The translations under genes and the position numbers were made by a program. Shown here piece after piece: positions 1-8,926 of a stretch of 64,000 bases of DNA; the first letter of the stretch is position 1; each line of letters opens with the position of its first letter. Below the pieces are notes generated by a model that saw nothing but the letters and a program-made list of their open reading frames with translations, had not been told where the DNA came from and searched no databases. The DNA comes from a virus (taxonomy: Duplodnaviria; Caudoviricetes): the IMG/VR virus record IMGVR_UViG_3300034065_000151, positions 76,767 to 140,766 of that record; one strand, 5' to 3'.

Positions 1-110
1 TCTTTTGGGTCATGACTATATTTGTTCCAAACAATATCCGGTACAACTTCATCAGCTTGTTTATGACCATGAATTAAATGGGGATTTTTATGAAACTGAT
101 ATAGATTCAT
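1..110 (-). CDS. MNLY-family Tyr-rich repeat protein, N-terminal part (runs off the left edge; not in the ORF track)
   Basis: Manual translation from ATG at 110: MNLYQFHKNPHLIHGHKQADEVVPDIVWNKYSHDPK, the same leader as the 25346-29641 paralogs. Its ATG overlaps the tape-measure stop (TAATG). Confidence 0.85.
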   Translation of the reverse strand, partial: MNLYQFHKNPHLIHGHKQADEVVPDIVWNKYSHDPK

Positions 111-2926
111 TACTTACTTCCCCCTTTGATATAGTTATTCACTGTACCAGGAGCTGGAGGTGTTCTATTAGAAACCTGTTCGGTTCCTGTATTCACAACC
201 ACCTGTTGCATTAATGATACTAACTGGATCATATTGTCATTAATATCTGAAAGGTATTCATGGGCTTTAATATCTGTGGTTGTAGTTTGCCCTGCTGCTG
301 TAACTGTTGCTTCATCAGGACCACTTAAAGCCCCTGCAGCTGCTTCACCACTGACATTACCTAATGCACTACCGCCCCAAGCACCAAGGCCCGCACCAAT
401 CAATCCACCAATAACTGTTCCTACTATCGGAACAACAGAACCAAGTGCTGCACCAGCAGCCATACCACCCCAAGCACCAAGACCACCACCTAAAGCACCA
501 CCAAGTGCTCCACCTTTTGCTTTGTTTGCTTGTCTATGTGTAATCTCGCCAGATGCTTCTTTATCAGCGGCGGTTGAATAACCTTCATAACCTTCATATA
601 AGGATCCTACTATAGCTAATGGAACTGCTGCTCGACCAAGAACCTTCCCAGCCATACTACCAGCACCTTTTAATAATCCCAATGCTCCGGCACCTTTACT
701 AGCAACTTGTGATGCTTCAGCAGCAATAACAGATTCACCTGCCCCAGCAACTGCCCCACCACCTTTACCAAATAATCCTTTAATACCATTAACAATTCCA
801 CCACCTTTACCACCGAGACTTAATCCGGCAGCACTGGCTTGCACCGCTAAACCAAGTAAAGCAACTGAAGCAGCACTTAAGCCACCTAAGAAACTATTAC
901 TCATAAATGATGATACTTTGTTAATTGCATCAGCAGCATCAGCAACCATTGCATTTGGTTGTGCTGCTTTTGCGGCTGCGGCTGCTTGCTCTGGTGTGTA
1001 TCCTAAATTAGCACGAGCAGCTTTTTCAGTAACTGAACCTTGATCTTCTTGTGCACCATATGCACCTATCCCATGAAGATTAGATGTAAGCATTTCCATC
1101 ATCTGAGTACCGGCAACATTCTGTCCTTGTGCACCAATACTCTTTTGTGCGGCTATACCAACTTCACCTAATGTCTTATTAAGCCATGCGGAATCCGCTT
1201 GACTAGCATTACGACCTAATTGCATAATTTGCATTGCTCGCATTGAGTCAGCTGGACTCCGTCCCTGCATCTGCATTTGCATAGCAACTTTAGCAGCTGA
1301 TTCATTACGGGATTTAACATCCATATGTTTAGCAGCTTCTTGGGTTTTGATCATTTCTTGAGCTTGCTCAATACTGATACCCTTCATGACTAAATCTTCA
1401 CGTTGGGCTTTCAATCCCTCAAAATACATTCCGGCTTGTTCTTTACCCAAGCCCATCATTGTGTTTGTTATATCTTGATTGGATAATAAATCACCATTCA
1501 ATTTAATAAATTCTGTTGCTGTAATTCCAAGGATACCTTGTAACTTCTGAAATCCGGTCATTGACTTACTTACATAATCATTTAACTTAGATTGGTTCTG
1601 TACATCAACACCTGCTGATGCTGCTTCTGCAATAGCAGGACCAATCATACTAGCTGACTGTGCAGCAGTAAATCCAAAATGTTTAAATGTAGAACCTAAT
1701 TGATTTGTTAATTGTGAAAATCCTGCGGCACCATACAATGCCATTGTCTGTTGGTTTTCTTTTAAGAACTTTGTGGTTTCTTCAAAAGACATACCCATTG
1801 CAATAGCTTGGCTTTTAACCTGCATAAAGGAAGCAGGAATATGCTGGACATTAAAGTCACCAATTTCTTTAGCAGCAACTATAGCAACTTCTTTAACCTT
1901 ACTAAGGGCGGCAAGGACGGCAGCAGTTTCACCAGCAGCCATTAATTTGTCTTGTAAAGAAGAACCAGTAATAGCACGACCAGCTTTATTAAATATAGAA
2001 TCAGTCGCACCATGGGCCACCTTATCTAAACCAAGCGCTGCATTATCTGCATCTGTAGAAAGTTTACCTAAAGCTGTTCCTAATTGAATATCACTAATTC
2101 TGGCAAGTTTCTTTAAACCATCAGCAGTTACTTCACCATTTTTAGTTATGCCTTCAAATGATTCACCAAGATCAAAACCAGCTGCTGATAATTGAAGTAA
2201 AGCATTACGTTGACCTTCAGGAGTTTTACCACTTTCGGAGATGATACCTTGAGCTTCACCTAATTTCATTCTTAATTTAGAGAAGTCTTCCGGAGATAGA
2301 TTTCTACGAAGTTCACCAGTATATTTGTCCATCAATCCAGTACTTGACAGGATACTCTTATTATTCTGTGTCAATCCTTTAACAGAATTACTAAGTTGAC
2401 TGATATAATCTTTATAGTGAGCTGAACCCTTTTCAAAACCTTTATGAGTTTCTAAAAGAGATGCACTAAGTAATGAGGAGTTACGTTGTGTTTGTGTTAA
2501 TGTATCTTGGAAATTACCGGTTGCTTTTGTTAATTCTTTAAGGGCAACTGACTGGCCATGGAAGCCTAATCTGGATAATTTATTGATTTCTTCACCAAGA
2601 GAATCATAATATTCAGTAGATTTTTTGATAGTTTTATTATATTCTACTAATGTGTCTTGACCATCTTGTGTTTCTTTGATCTGCTTATCAGTCATATTAC
2701 TAAGTTTTTTAGACTTTTCATTCAACTCTTTCATGATCTTAGCATGAGCAGATACCTGAACAAATAGCTCATCTTGAGCTTTTGCCGAATCATTTCTGTT
2801 TCTGGCACCACCACCCCAAGCACTACTAGCACTACTAGTATTACCACCCTTACCTGCCATAGCATCAGCAAAGGCTTTAGACATAGCCTTCGTTAGGTCA
2901 TTAAAATCAGTCTTATCAAGTGCCAT
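110..2926 (-). CDS. probable tail tape measure protein
   Basis: 938 aa, Ala/Gln/Met-rich helical body with a C-terminal glycine-zipper hydrophobic region (GGALGGALGGGLGAWGG); divergent from gp26/gp51-like genes and preceded by a late-promoter motif. Confidence 0.65.
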   Translation of the reverse strand: MALDKTDFNDLTKAMSKAFADAMAGKGGNTSSASSAWGGGARNRNDSAKAQDELFVQVSAHAKIMKELNEKSKKLSNMTDKQIKETQDGQDTLVEYNKTIKKSTEYYDSLGEEINKLSRLGFHGQSVALKELTKATGNFQDTLTQTQRNSSLLSASLLETHKGFEKGSAHYKDYISQLSNSVKGLTQNNKSILSSTGLMDKYTGELRRNLSPEDFSKLRMKLGEAQGIISESGKTPEGQRNALLQLSAAGFDLGESFEGITKNGEVTADGLKKLARISDIQLGTALGKLSTDADNAALGLDKVAHGATDSIFNKAGRAITGSSLQDKLMAAGETAAVLAALSKVKEVAIVAAKEIGDFNVQHIPASFMQVKSQAIAMGMSFEETTKFLKENQQTMALYGAAGFSQLTNQLGSTFKHFGFTAAQSASMIGPAIAEAASAGVDVQNQSKLNDYVSKSMTGFQKLQGILGITATEFIKLNGDLLSNQDITNTMMGLGKEQAGMYFEGLKAQREDLVMKGISIEQAQEMIKTQEAAKHMDVKSRNESAAKVAMQMQMQGRSPADSMRAMQIMQLGRNASQADSAWLNKTLGEVGIAAQKSIGAQGQNVAGTQMMEMLTSNLHGIGAYGAQEDQGSVTEKAARANLGYTPEQAAAAAKAAQPNAMVADAADAINKVSSFMSNSFLGGLSAASVALLGLAVQASAAGLSLGGKGGGIVNGIKGLFGKGGGAVAGAGESVIAAEASQVASKGAGALGLLKGAGSMAGKVLGRAAVPLAIVGSLYEGYEGYSTAADKEASGEITHRQANKAKGGALGGALGGGLGAWGGMAAGAALGSVVPIVGTVIGGLIGAGLGAWGGSALGNVSGEAAAGALSGPDEATVTAAGQTTTTDIKAHEYLSDINDNMIQLVSLMQQVVVNTGTEQVSNRTPPAPGTVNNYIKGGSK

Positions 2927-2956
2927 AAAGGGTAATTTCCTAAGTGTTTAGTTTGT

Positions 2957-2964
2957 TATAAATA
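2957..2964 (+). promoter_or_regulatory. T4-type late promoter TATAAATA
   Basis: Exact gp55 consensus upstream of the 3019 gene. Confidence 0.7.
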
Positions 2965-2975
2965 TAAGCATAATA

Positions 2976-2983
2976 TATTTATT
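2976..2983 (-). promoter_or_regulatory. late promoter variant AATAAATA for the tape measure gene
   Basis: One mismatch to TATAAATA, about 50 nt upstream of the 2926 ATG. Confidence 0.55.
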
Positions 2984-3018
2984 GTTAAATCATATATCTA
3001 AAATATAGGAGTCTCCGC

Positions 3019-3804
3019 ATGTCAGAAACCAATCCCCTCATTGCCAATCTTAAACTTCCAGGTCGAATCTTTCAGCTTCCATCTCGTGGTGAATTCTATA
3101 AGAATGGTGAACTATCAGCTGATGTCAGAGATGGTGAAATTCATATTCACCCAATGGCCGCACTTGATGAAATTAACATGAAAAACCCTGATCAATTGTT
3201 CTCTGGTGCTGCAGTTAATACAGTATTCAAACAATGTATCTCAGGTATTGAAAAGCCAGCAGAACTATTATCTAAAGATGTTGATGCCATTATGATGTAC
3301 CTTCGGGTAGTTACCTATGGTCCAACCTATGAATTCAATGCTCGTCACTTCTGTGAAGGCGGTAAAGAACACTCATATATCGCTGATATCGATACAATGA
3401 TTAATACTATGACAATTATTGATCCGACAACTATTGAAGATAATTATACTGTTACTTTACAGAATGGTCAAGTTGTAAAATTACAACCAAATAAGTATCA
3501 ACAGGTTTTGGATTTGATTAAACTGAATAGTAATAAAACAGAGATAACTGCAGAAGATCAGCAGAAGAATTTGATTATGATGATGATGGGTGTTATCAAG
3601 TCAGTTGACGATATTACTGATATCGTAAAGATTGAAGAATGGACAAAGAAAATACCTTCACCAATGGTGAATCGTATTGCTAAGAAAGTAGAGAATGTGA
3701 ATAGTTGGGGTCCAACATTGAAATGGACCTGTAACTGTAAAGATTGTGGTAAGGATTTTGAAGTTGAAATCCCTATCAACCCAATATCTTTCTTCACCGA
3801 ATAA
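3019..3804 (+). CDS. gp26: T4 gp26-like baseplate hub subunit / assembly chaperone
   Basis: LPSRG motif, C-terminal CxCxxCG and terminal FF typical of the gp26 family; AGGAG Shine-Dalgarno. Confidence 0.75.
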   Translation: MSETNPLIANLKLPGRIFQLPSRGEFYKNGELSADVRDGEIHIHPMAALDEINMKNPDQLFSGAAVNTVFKQCISGIEKPAELLSKDVDAIMMYLRVVTYGPTYEFNARHFCEGGKEHSYIADIDTMINTMTIIDPTTIEDNYTVTLQNGQVVKLQPNKYQQVLDLIKLNSNKTEITAEDQQKNLIMMMMGVIKSVDDITDIVKIEEWTKKIPSPMVNRIAKKVENVNSWGPTLKWTCNCKDCGKDFEVEIPINPISFFTE

Positions 3805-3818
3805 TAAACATTGGGGAT

Positions 3819-4025
3819 ATGCCAGCGGTTAATAAGTTGATTAAACGCTTAGGTAATGAAGTTAAGAATATAGTTAAGTCCGCCCTTGAAATTTCATACT
3901 TTTCAAGAGGAGCTTGGGGATATCATGAAGTGCTGATGATGTCTCAGGGGGAAAGGGAATTGGCAGTTGACTTTATTAACGAACGACTTAAAATAGCTTC
4001 TACCTCGCACTTCCCAGTTTATTGA
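3819..4025 (+). CDS. T4 gp51-like baseplate hub assembly protein
   Basis: Small ORF right after gp26-like gene with a W.Y.EVLMM...ER pattern. Confidence 0.6.
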   Translation: MPAVNKLIKRLGNEVKNIVKSALEISYFSRGAWGYHEVLMMSQGERELAVDFINERLKIASTSHFPVY

Positions 4026-4092
4026 TCCCAGGAATTCAAGCCAACTTATAATGGGAAGTTTAGCGTGCTTAAGCTGTTTAAAATTAAGTTTT

Positions 4093-4123
4093 AAAAAAGG
4101 ACCTTCAATAGGTCCTTTTTTTT
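4093..4123. terminator. bidirectional rho-independent terminator
   Basis: AAAAAA-GGACCT-tcaat-AGGTCC-TTTTTTTT between convergent genes. Confidence 0.85.
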
Positions 4124-5402
4124 ATGCTTCCATATAACTCGGTGCTTGATCCACACTAACTCGCACACCTGTTATTAGTAATACATGATCCACCAGTTGC
4201 TGGGGTTCCATATCAGATTTGATTCCATCTAGCCCATCATGTAACATCAATCCGGTTTGACCGATCGCATTCCAAATGGCATACCGACTTACTCGTTCCC
4301 AATCAAAATACAATTTGAAAATCTGTTTCTGATTCTTGGCTGTTGGTGGTAACTTCAATAAATGAATACACAAATCCCTTTTGGCAGCTTTAAACTGTCT
4401 GGTAATAGAAGCAAGTCTCTTACCAATATTAAGAAGTTCAGATGGAAGTAATTGTGAATTAGCTTGTAATATAATATTGACAGCTTCAGAATATCCCGCA
4501 CCACTCACCATCATTCTTGGTGATATAGTAGAACCATTAGCTAATGCCATTACTAACTTCTTAACAACATTGATATTATCTGATGTTGGTTCAAGCTTGA
4601 GTAAATGACAGAGTTCCCAACGGAAGGCAACTTTTTCACGATCAGCTCTTAAAATATCTGGATATAACATTTCTAAAGATTTTTGATTATCCTTATACTT
4701 TTCTTCCAGATGAGTAATCAGGAATTGACAATAAGAATTCTCAATATCAATGACATCACCAAATAAAGCTGTACGTAACCAACCTGGCCAACATTCAATA
4801 GATTTAATTGGCCAAACTGATTTATCTCTTGCTTGGAGTATTCCACTCTTTTCAAAATAGAAATCAATAGGTCCATCATGTTTGAATAACCAATTGATAG
4901 CTGGAAGTAGATCCTCTCGATTAGTTCTTTTTAATTCAGCCCTGACATGAGTCTGAGCCTTTTTATCTACTTGAACTTGGCTGATGGTATAGTCACCGAG
5001 TGGTTTGATACCAGGAGAAAATCGAACTTCATGGATGATAGCTTCAATGGCTTCAATCATATCCATATTAAGTTTCTTAGGACTTATTAAGGTGGGACTT
5101 TTCAAACCATTATTGAAGTTGAAACCCAACCGAGTGATAGTAAAGAAGTGTTCAAGAATGACCTTAGCATCCTTTACTTGACGGGTTAGATTGGTGAGAA
5201 GGACTTCTTCGTTGATGAACCCAGGAGCTGCACTATTTTGTTGGATACAATGATACCATGCAATGGCAATAGACAAGATGAGGTCTTGTCTTTGTTTACG
5301 TTTATTCCACCAAGTACCACTAATTCTAAAAAAATTACCCACGTAAAGTGGGCAATCTCTCCGAAATATTTGATCTGTTTTTACTGCATGAAAAAGAAGC
5401 AT
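4122..5402 (-). CDS. minimal family-A polymerase-fold protein
   Basis: Motif A-like DVIDIENSY, motif B-like KKLVMALANG and motif C-like LMLHDG in the expected order; no exonuclease domain visible. Confidence 0.5.
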   Translation of the reverse strand: MLLFHAVKTDQIFRRDCPLYVGNFFRISGTWWNKRKQRQDLILSIAIAWYHCIQQNSAAPGFINEEVLLTNLTRQVKDAKVILEHFFTITRLGFNFNNGLKSPTLISPKKLNMDMIEAIEAIIHEVRFSPGIKPLGDYTISQVQVDKKAQTHVRAELKRTNREDLLPAINWLFKHDGPIDFYFEKSGILQARDKSVWPIKSIECWPGWLRTALFGDVIDIENSYCQFLITHLEEKYKDNQKSLEMLYPDILRADREKVAFRWELCHLLKLEPTSDNINVVKKLVMALANGSTISPRMMVSGAGYSEAVNIILQANSQLLPSELLNIGKRLASITRQFKAAKRDLCIHLLKLPPTAKNQKQIFKLYFDWERVSRYAIWNAIGQTGLMLHDGLDGIKSDMEPQQLVDHVLLITGVRVSVDQAPSYMEA

Positions 5403-5404
5403 AG

Positions 5405-5890
5405 TTAGTCGTTAGGTTGAAAGGCTGCTAAGTAGTCAGTTAATGTAATGACTAATTCATCATAAGAATGAACTACAGGAATATCATATCTATGACAGAC
5501 AATATCCACATTACCTTTACAATAAAATCCATGAGGACAACATACAATGACATTATCCCAATCCCGATTTGCTGATAGTCCCAACTCCATAAGAGTTATA
5601 GGAGATTTGGTATTAGGATCAAAATAGAATACGGTTATTTGAGCAGATTCCAATCCATTTAATTCCCAAGTAACTTGTTCATTAAATTGTGGATTTTCAA
5701 ATTCTTGTACCCATGAGGCATCCCAATCAGTACGTCTTGGATTCAAAAAGAGAACAGAAAAGTCTCTAAAATCATTTACAAGACGTTCTTGCCATGGTTC
5801 AGCTAGCCCCATCTCAATTGATCCTGTCAAAAATACTTTTGGCAAGTGGGGATATACATTGATATTGTTTGGGGCTTTGACTTCAATCAT
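5405..5890 (-). CDS. nucleoside 2-deoxyribosyltransferase-like protein
   Basis: VFLTGSI..WQ, NPRRxDWD, QVxWEL and SPITLMELGL signature motifs. Confidence 0.85.
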   Translation of the reverse strand: MIEVKAPNNINVYPHLPKVFLTGSIEMGLAEPWQERLVNDFRDFSVLFLNPRRTDWDASWVQEFENPQFNEQVTWELNGLESAQITVFYFDPNTKSPITLMELGLSANRDWDNVIVCCPHGFYCKGNVDIVCHRYDIPVVHSYDELVITLTDYLAAFQPND

Positions 5891-6153
5891 TATGCATGAC
5901 CAAGAACAGCTTCAATACCATCACGCTTCATACGACGGTATACAGCTTTAGGACATTTTGGATCAAGAGTGACCGAATTGTGAATTTCAATTTGTGGCTG
6001 CATTTCTTTATGACCTTTGGCAGTTTTACCTTCTTTCATAACAGTCACTTTATGCTGGACATAACCGTAACGGGTATAAGCACCTTCAAGCACACCAGTT
6101 TTAACTAATTGGCGAACGATAATACGTAATGCTTTGGCTTTCTTTTGATTCAT
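5890..6153 (-). CDS. hypothetical basic protein
   Basis: 87-aa ORF translationally coupled to both neighbours. Confidence 0.7.
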   Translation of the reverse strand: MNQKKAKALRIIVRQLVKTGVLEGAYTRYGYVQHKVTVMKEGKTAKGHKEMQPQIEIHNSVTLDPKCPKAVYRRMKRDGIEAVLGHA

Positions 6154-6326
6154 TTTATTTCCTTGGTTGAATTGAGAACTTCTACAAAATTGATTGCTGC
6201 TTGTTTTACATCTTCTTCATATGCTCGTTGGGATTTTACTGCTGGAACCAAATCACTAACAATTTCCTGAATTTTTTCTTCAGGCAAATTACCAACATCC
6301 ACATAAAAAATTCTTCGATTACTCAT
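6150..6326 (-). CDS. 58-aa mini-protein carrying the T4-type portal clip motif (not in the ORF track)
   Basis: MSNRRIFYVDVGNLPEEKIQEIVSDLVPAVKSQRAYEEDVKQAAINFVEVLNSTKEIK; AAGGA Shine-Dalgarno; ATGA overlap with the next gene. Confidence 0.75.
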   Translation of the reverse strand: MSNRRIFYVDVGNLPEEKIQEIVSDLVPAVKSQRAYEEDVKQAAINFVEVLNSTKEIK

Positions 6327-6335
6327 CTTATTTCC

Positions 6336-6632
6336 TTAATAATTTAAAATACTATTGGTATTAAAGTACATATTATACAACTCAACTAATACATCACCAT
6401 GACAAGCATCAGGTTTACACCAACAGCCTAATGTTAAACCTTTTAATTCTGGTAGAGAATTAAATAATTCAGGAGTATCTAAAATATATTGTCTATACTT
6501 TTCGATAACTTCTTTACGAGTTCCATGAACTCCTATTATAAATGGATTTCCCCATTTACTTGGTCTCGTAATTATAAAATCGTAGTTGTCCCTTTTGCAG
6601 TGGACAACATTAATCTTCTTGTTTTTCTTCAT
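6336..6632 (-). CDS. DUF4326-family protein
   Basis: RPSKWGNPF and LGCWCKPxxCHGDVL motifs. Confidence 0.85.
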   Translation of the reverse strand: MKKNKKINVVHCKRDNYDFIITRPSKWGNPFIIGVHGTRKEVIEKYRQYILDTPELFNSLPELKGLTLGCWCKPDACHGDVLVELYNMYFNTNSILNY

Positions 6633-7035
6633 GTTTTAAATGGGCACGGTCAATAGCTTCAGCCGCCGCTTGAGGTACATCATTTGGAATCTCTACATAA
6701 GCACCAAGTACATATGCACGACCACCTTCAGCCCACTCGGGATTTACAATTTGTTTAGGTCCACCCAACCACGAGAATGCATGTGCATTCATGTTGTTAT
6801 TTGTGGTGACAAACCAATTAATATCACCGAGGTCATCACGACCTCGTTTGATAGTTTTTAGAATTTGATATGCTTCTTTTGAAACACCAAGATGTTTTCC
6901 CGTATTCATAATAACTTGACCAATACGAGTAGGACCATCAAGTGAAGTTGCTACTTCATTTTCAATTGATTTTGTTGCTATTAGGTCTATAATTAAAGAA
7001 CCTTTATAAGCAGTAATAGTTGCATGAATTGTCAT
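6610..7035 (-). CDS. hypothetical protein
   Basis: 141-aa ORF in a packed minus-strand operon. Confidence 0.7.
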   Translation of the reverse strand: MTIHATITAYKGSLIIDLIATKSIENEVATSLDGPTRIGQVIMNTGKHLGVSKEAYQILKTIKRGRDDLGDINWFVTTNNNMNAHAFSWLGGPKQIVNPEWAEGGRAYVLGAYVEIPNDVPQAAAEAIDRAHLKHEEKQED

Positions 7036-7038
7036 CTT

Positions 7039-7254
7039 TTAATCCTCAGTAAATTCAACAATAGTTTTCCAAGTAATAGGACCACAGCCTTCATATTGGC
7101 CCTCAAACTTAGTACCTTCTTTACATACATCAAATCGCCATGCTTCATCTTCTTGACCTTCAGTAGCAATCTTACTACGGAAAGCATAAAGACCTGCTTT
7201 AGTTACTGTGAATTGACCAATTTCAGATTCACAAATCATTGTTAGTTTTGACAT
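7039..7254 (-). CDS. hypothetical protein
   Basis: 71-aa ORF downstream of an extended -10 motif. Confidence 0.65.
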   Translation of the reverse strand: MSKLTMICESEIGQFTVTKAGLYAFRSKIATEGQEDEAWRFDVCKEGTKFEGQYEGCGPITWKTIVEFTED

Positions 7255-7289
7255 AATTATGTCCCAATAAATTAATATTTCGAACTTTA

Positions 7290-7298
7290 ATTATAACA
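7290..7298 (-). promoter_or_regulatory. sigma70-type extended -10 promoter (TGTTATAAT)
   Basis: Intergenic TGnTATAAT; the same motif recurs at 14660 and 53568. Confidence 0.55.
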
Positions 7299-7306
7299 CA
7301 AAATTG

Positions 7307-7915
7307 TCATAAAATACCAGAATATCTTGGATTTTTATCACTATCAACATGTTCAATAAGATAACCATTATTTTGTTTGAACAACAATACTTCCCATTTA
7401 GAAACACTTGCTGTTCCTAGCTTACCAAGCTTCGGCCGTAATATAATAAACTTAACTTGTTCCGGTGGAATCATTAGGTTTTCAATATATACTGAATCTG
7501 ACGCATGTGCAAAATCAATTTTATATAATTTCTTAGGACTACCATTAGGTATCTGTGTTATTTCAAAGGTACCACTCGGAAATTGTGCAGAGTGATGTGT
7601 ACTTGGGTTTGGATGAATTAATGCTTTTCTACCTTTTGTATCAGTAACAAATTTAACTAAGCAATCAATGAAAGCCGTTCGTGCTCTATAACTTATATTT
7701 GGGTTTTCCTTACCAAGGGCTGTTTTAATTGTTTCTTTATCAGGTGGGATGAACATCATCCCTGCTTGTTTGGAAATCCATGGGCCAAGATAATTACTTG
7801 CCCGCTGATACATTTCATAGTATCCGGTAATTATTTTAAGTAAGTCAGAAAAGTCTGAAGTGTTTCGAGAGATATCATGTTTTGCATTCCATCTATTTTT
7901 ATTGTCTGTATCCAT
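7307..7915 (-). CDS. hypothetical protein
   Basis: 202-aa ORF; only a weak resemblance to the TnpB N-terminal half. Confidence 0.7.
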   Translation of the reverse strand: MDTDNKNRWNAKHDISRNTSDFSDLLKIITGYYEMYQRASNYLGPWISKQAGMMFIPPDKETIKTALGKENPNISYRARTAFIDCLVKFVTDTKGRKALIHPNPSTHHSAQFPSGTFEITQIPNGSPKKLYKIDFAHASDSVYIENLMIPPEQVKFIILRPKLGKLGTASVSKWEVLLFKQNNGYLIEHVDSDKNPRYSGIL

Positions 7916-7944
7916 TATATCATAAGGTTGGGGTTGGGGGATTA

Positions 7945-8595
7945 CTATTCATCATTTGAATAGTCATGAGGAGTGCACCAAAAGGTTGGGCACTTTAATA
8001 GGTCATCGAAATAATGTACCTGGAGAGTTTGTTCACAACAACCATCTGATTCAAGATCATAAGTTGTAAGTTCAAATCGTGGAAGAGGAGTCTCTTGCTT
8101 TAGATCAGTATAAGCAGTATGACTTTTCTTAACAATAACAAATACGGGAGTACGATTCCATTTGAAAATCAACATTGGAAATTTACTTGTTTTTAAAGCA
8201 TCAACTTCAGATTCTTTAAACCATTTAAAAATGTTTGCAGTATTTGCAGCAAGAGAAGTAAAACTATCTGAGTCAGCATAACTCTTACATTCAATAGAAT
8301 GTAAGAAAGTTAAACCGGCTTTTTTTTCATTGATTGGTACAACGTCAGCGGTGAATATCTTCATAGCTTCAGCACCAAACATATCACCAAACTTTTCAAA
8401 GTTCTTACCACCAACTCGTGCACCAGAACCTGGACTACGAATGAAATTCAATGGTGCTAATGCAGCTGATAGCTTTTTAGCAACTTGTCCTTCAAATGAG
8501 TTACCTTTGGCTTTACCGCCACCGGGTCTCATTTTACGTTTTTTAGGGGAAACTGAATCCATGTCAGCATCGCTAATGGTAGATTTTTTAGTCAT
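7945..8595 (-). CDS. Holliday junction resolvase-like PD-(D/E)XK nuclease
   Basis: KGNSFE, RSPGSGA, ADV and IECK motifs. Confidence 0.75.
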   Translation of the reverse strand: MTKKSTISDADMDSVSPKKRKMRPGGGKAKGNSFEGQVAKKLSAALAPLNFIRSPGSGARVGGKNFEKFGDMFGAEAMKIFTADVVPINEKKAGLTFLHSIECKSYADSDSFTSLAANTANIFKWFKESEVDALKTSKFPMLIFKWNRTPVFVIVKKSHTAYTDLKQETPLPRFELTTYDLESDGCCEQTLQVHYFDDLLKCPTFWCTPHDYSNDE

Positions 8596-8630
8596 ATTTT
8601 ATAGGGAGTAGTTAAAAAGGAATTACCTTT

Positions 8631-8638
8631 TATTTATA
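8631..8638 (-). promoter_or_regulatory. late promoter TATAAATA
   Basis: Exact consensus upstream of the resolvase gene. Confidence 0.6.
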
Positions 8639-8926
8639 CTATTCCGGGTCCCATACTTTAAACCATGATGTTAAGGGCTTAGTATGATATAAAACAGTTC
8701 GTGAAAGGATGACCAATCTGAGTTGACATTTGCCCTTTTTGACCTCAAATGTCTTATGACAAACATATTTCTGTTTAACTTTAAATGGGAAATTGATGCA
8801 AATATACCAACCATTAAGGAATTCTGATTTATACTTATCTAACTGGATATTGTCACCATACACAATAAATGCATCTTTACTGAAAGGTTTTCCTTCTAGT
8901 CTATCTTGTTCTAATATTAATTTCAT
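8639..8926 (-). CDS. hypothetical protein
   Basis: Probable start at MKLILEQ (8926), giving an ATGA overlap with the upstream gene. Confidence 0.55.
   Translation of the reverse strand: MKLILEQDRLEGKPFSKDAFIVYGDNIQLDKYKSEFLNGWYICINFPFKVKQKYVCHKTFEVKKGKCQLRLVILSRTVLYHTKPLTSWFKVWDPE

Noticed and set aside
5-581. Plus-strand ORFs 5-214 and 234-581
   Set aside because: Antisense shadows of the tape measure gene and the minus-strand MNLY paralog.
4009-4092. Possible structured ncRNA after the gp51-like gene (ACTTCCCA / TGGGAAGT inverted repeat)
   Set aside because: Only an 8-bp stem, partly inside coding sequence, with no other support.
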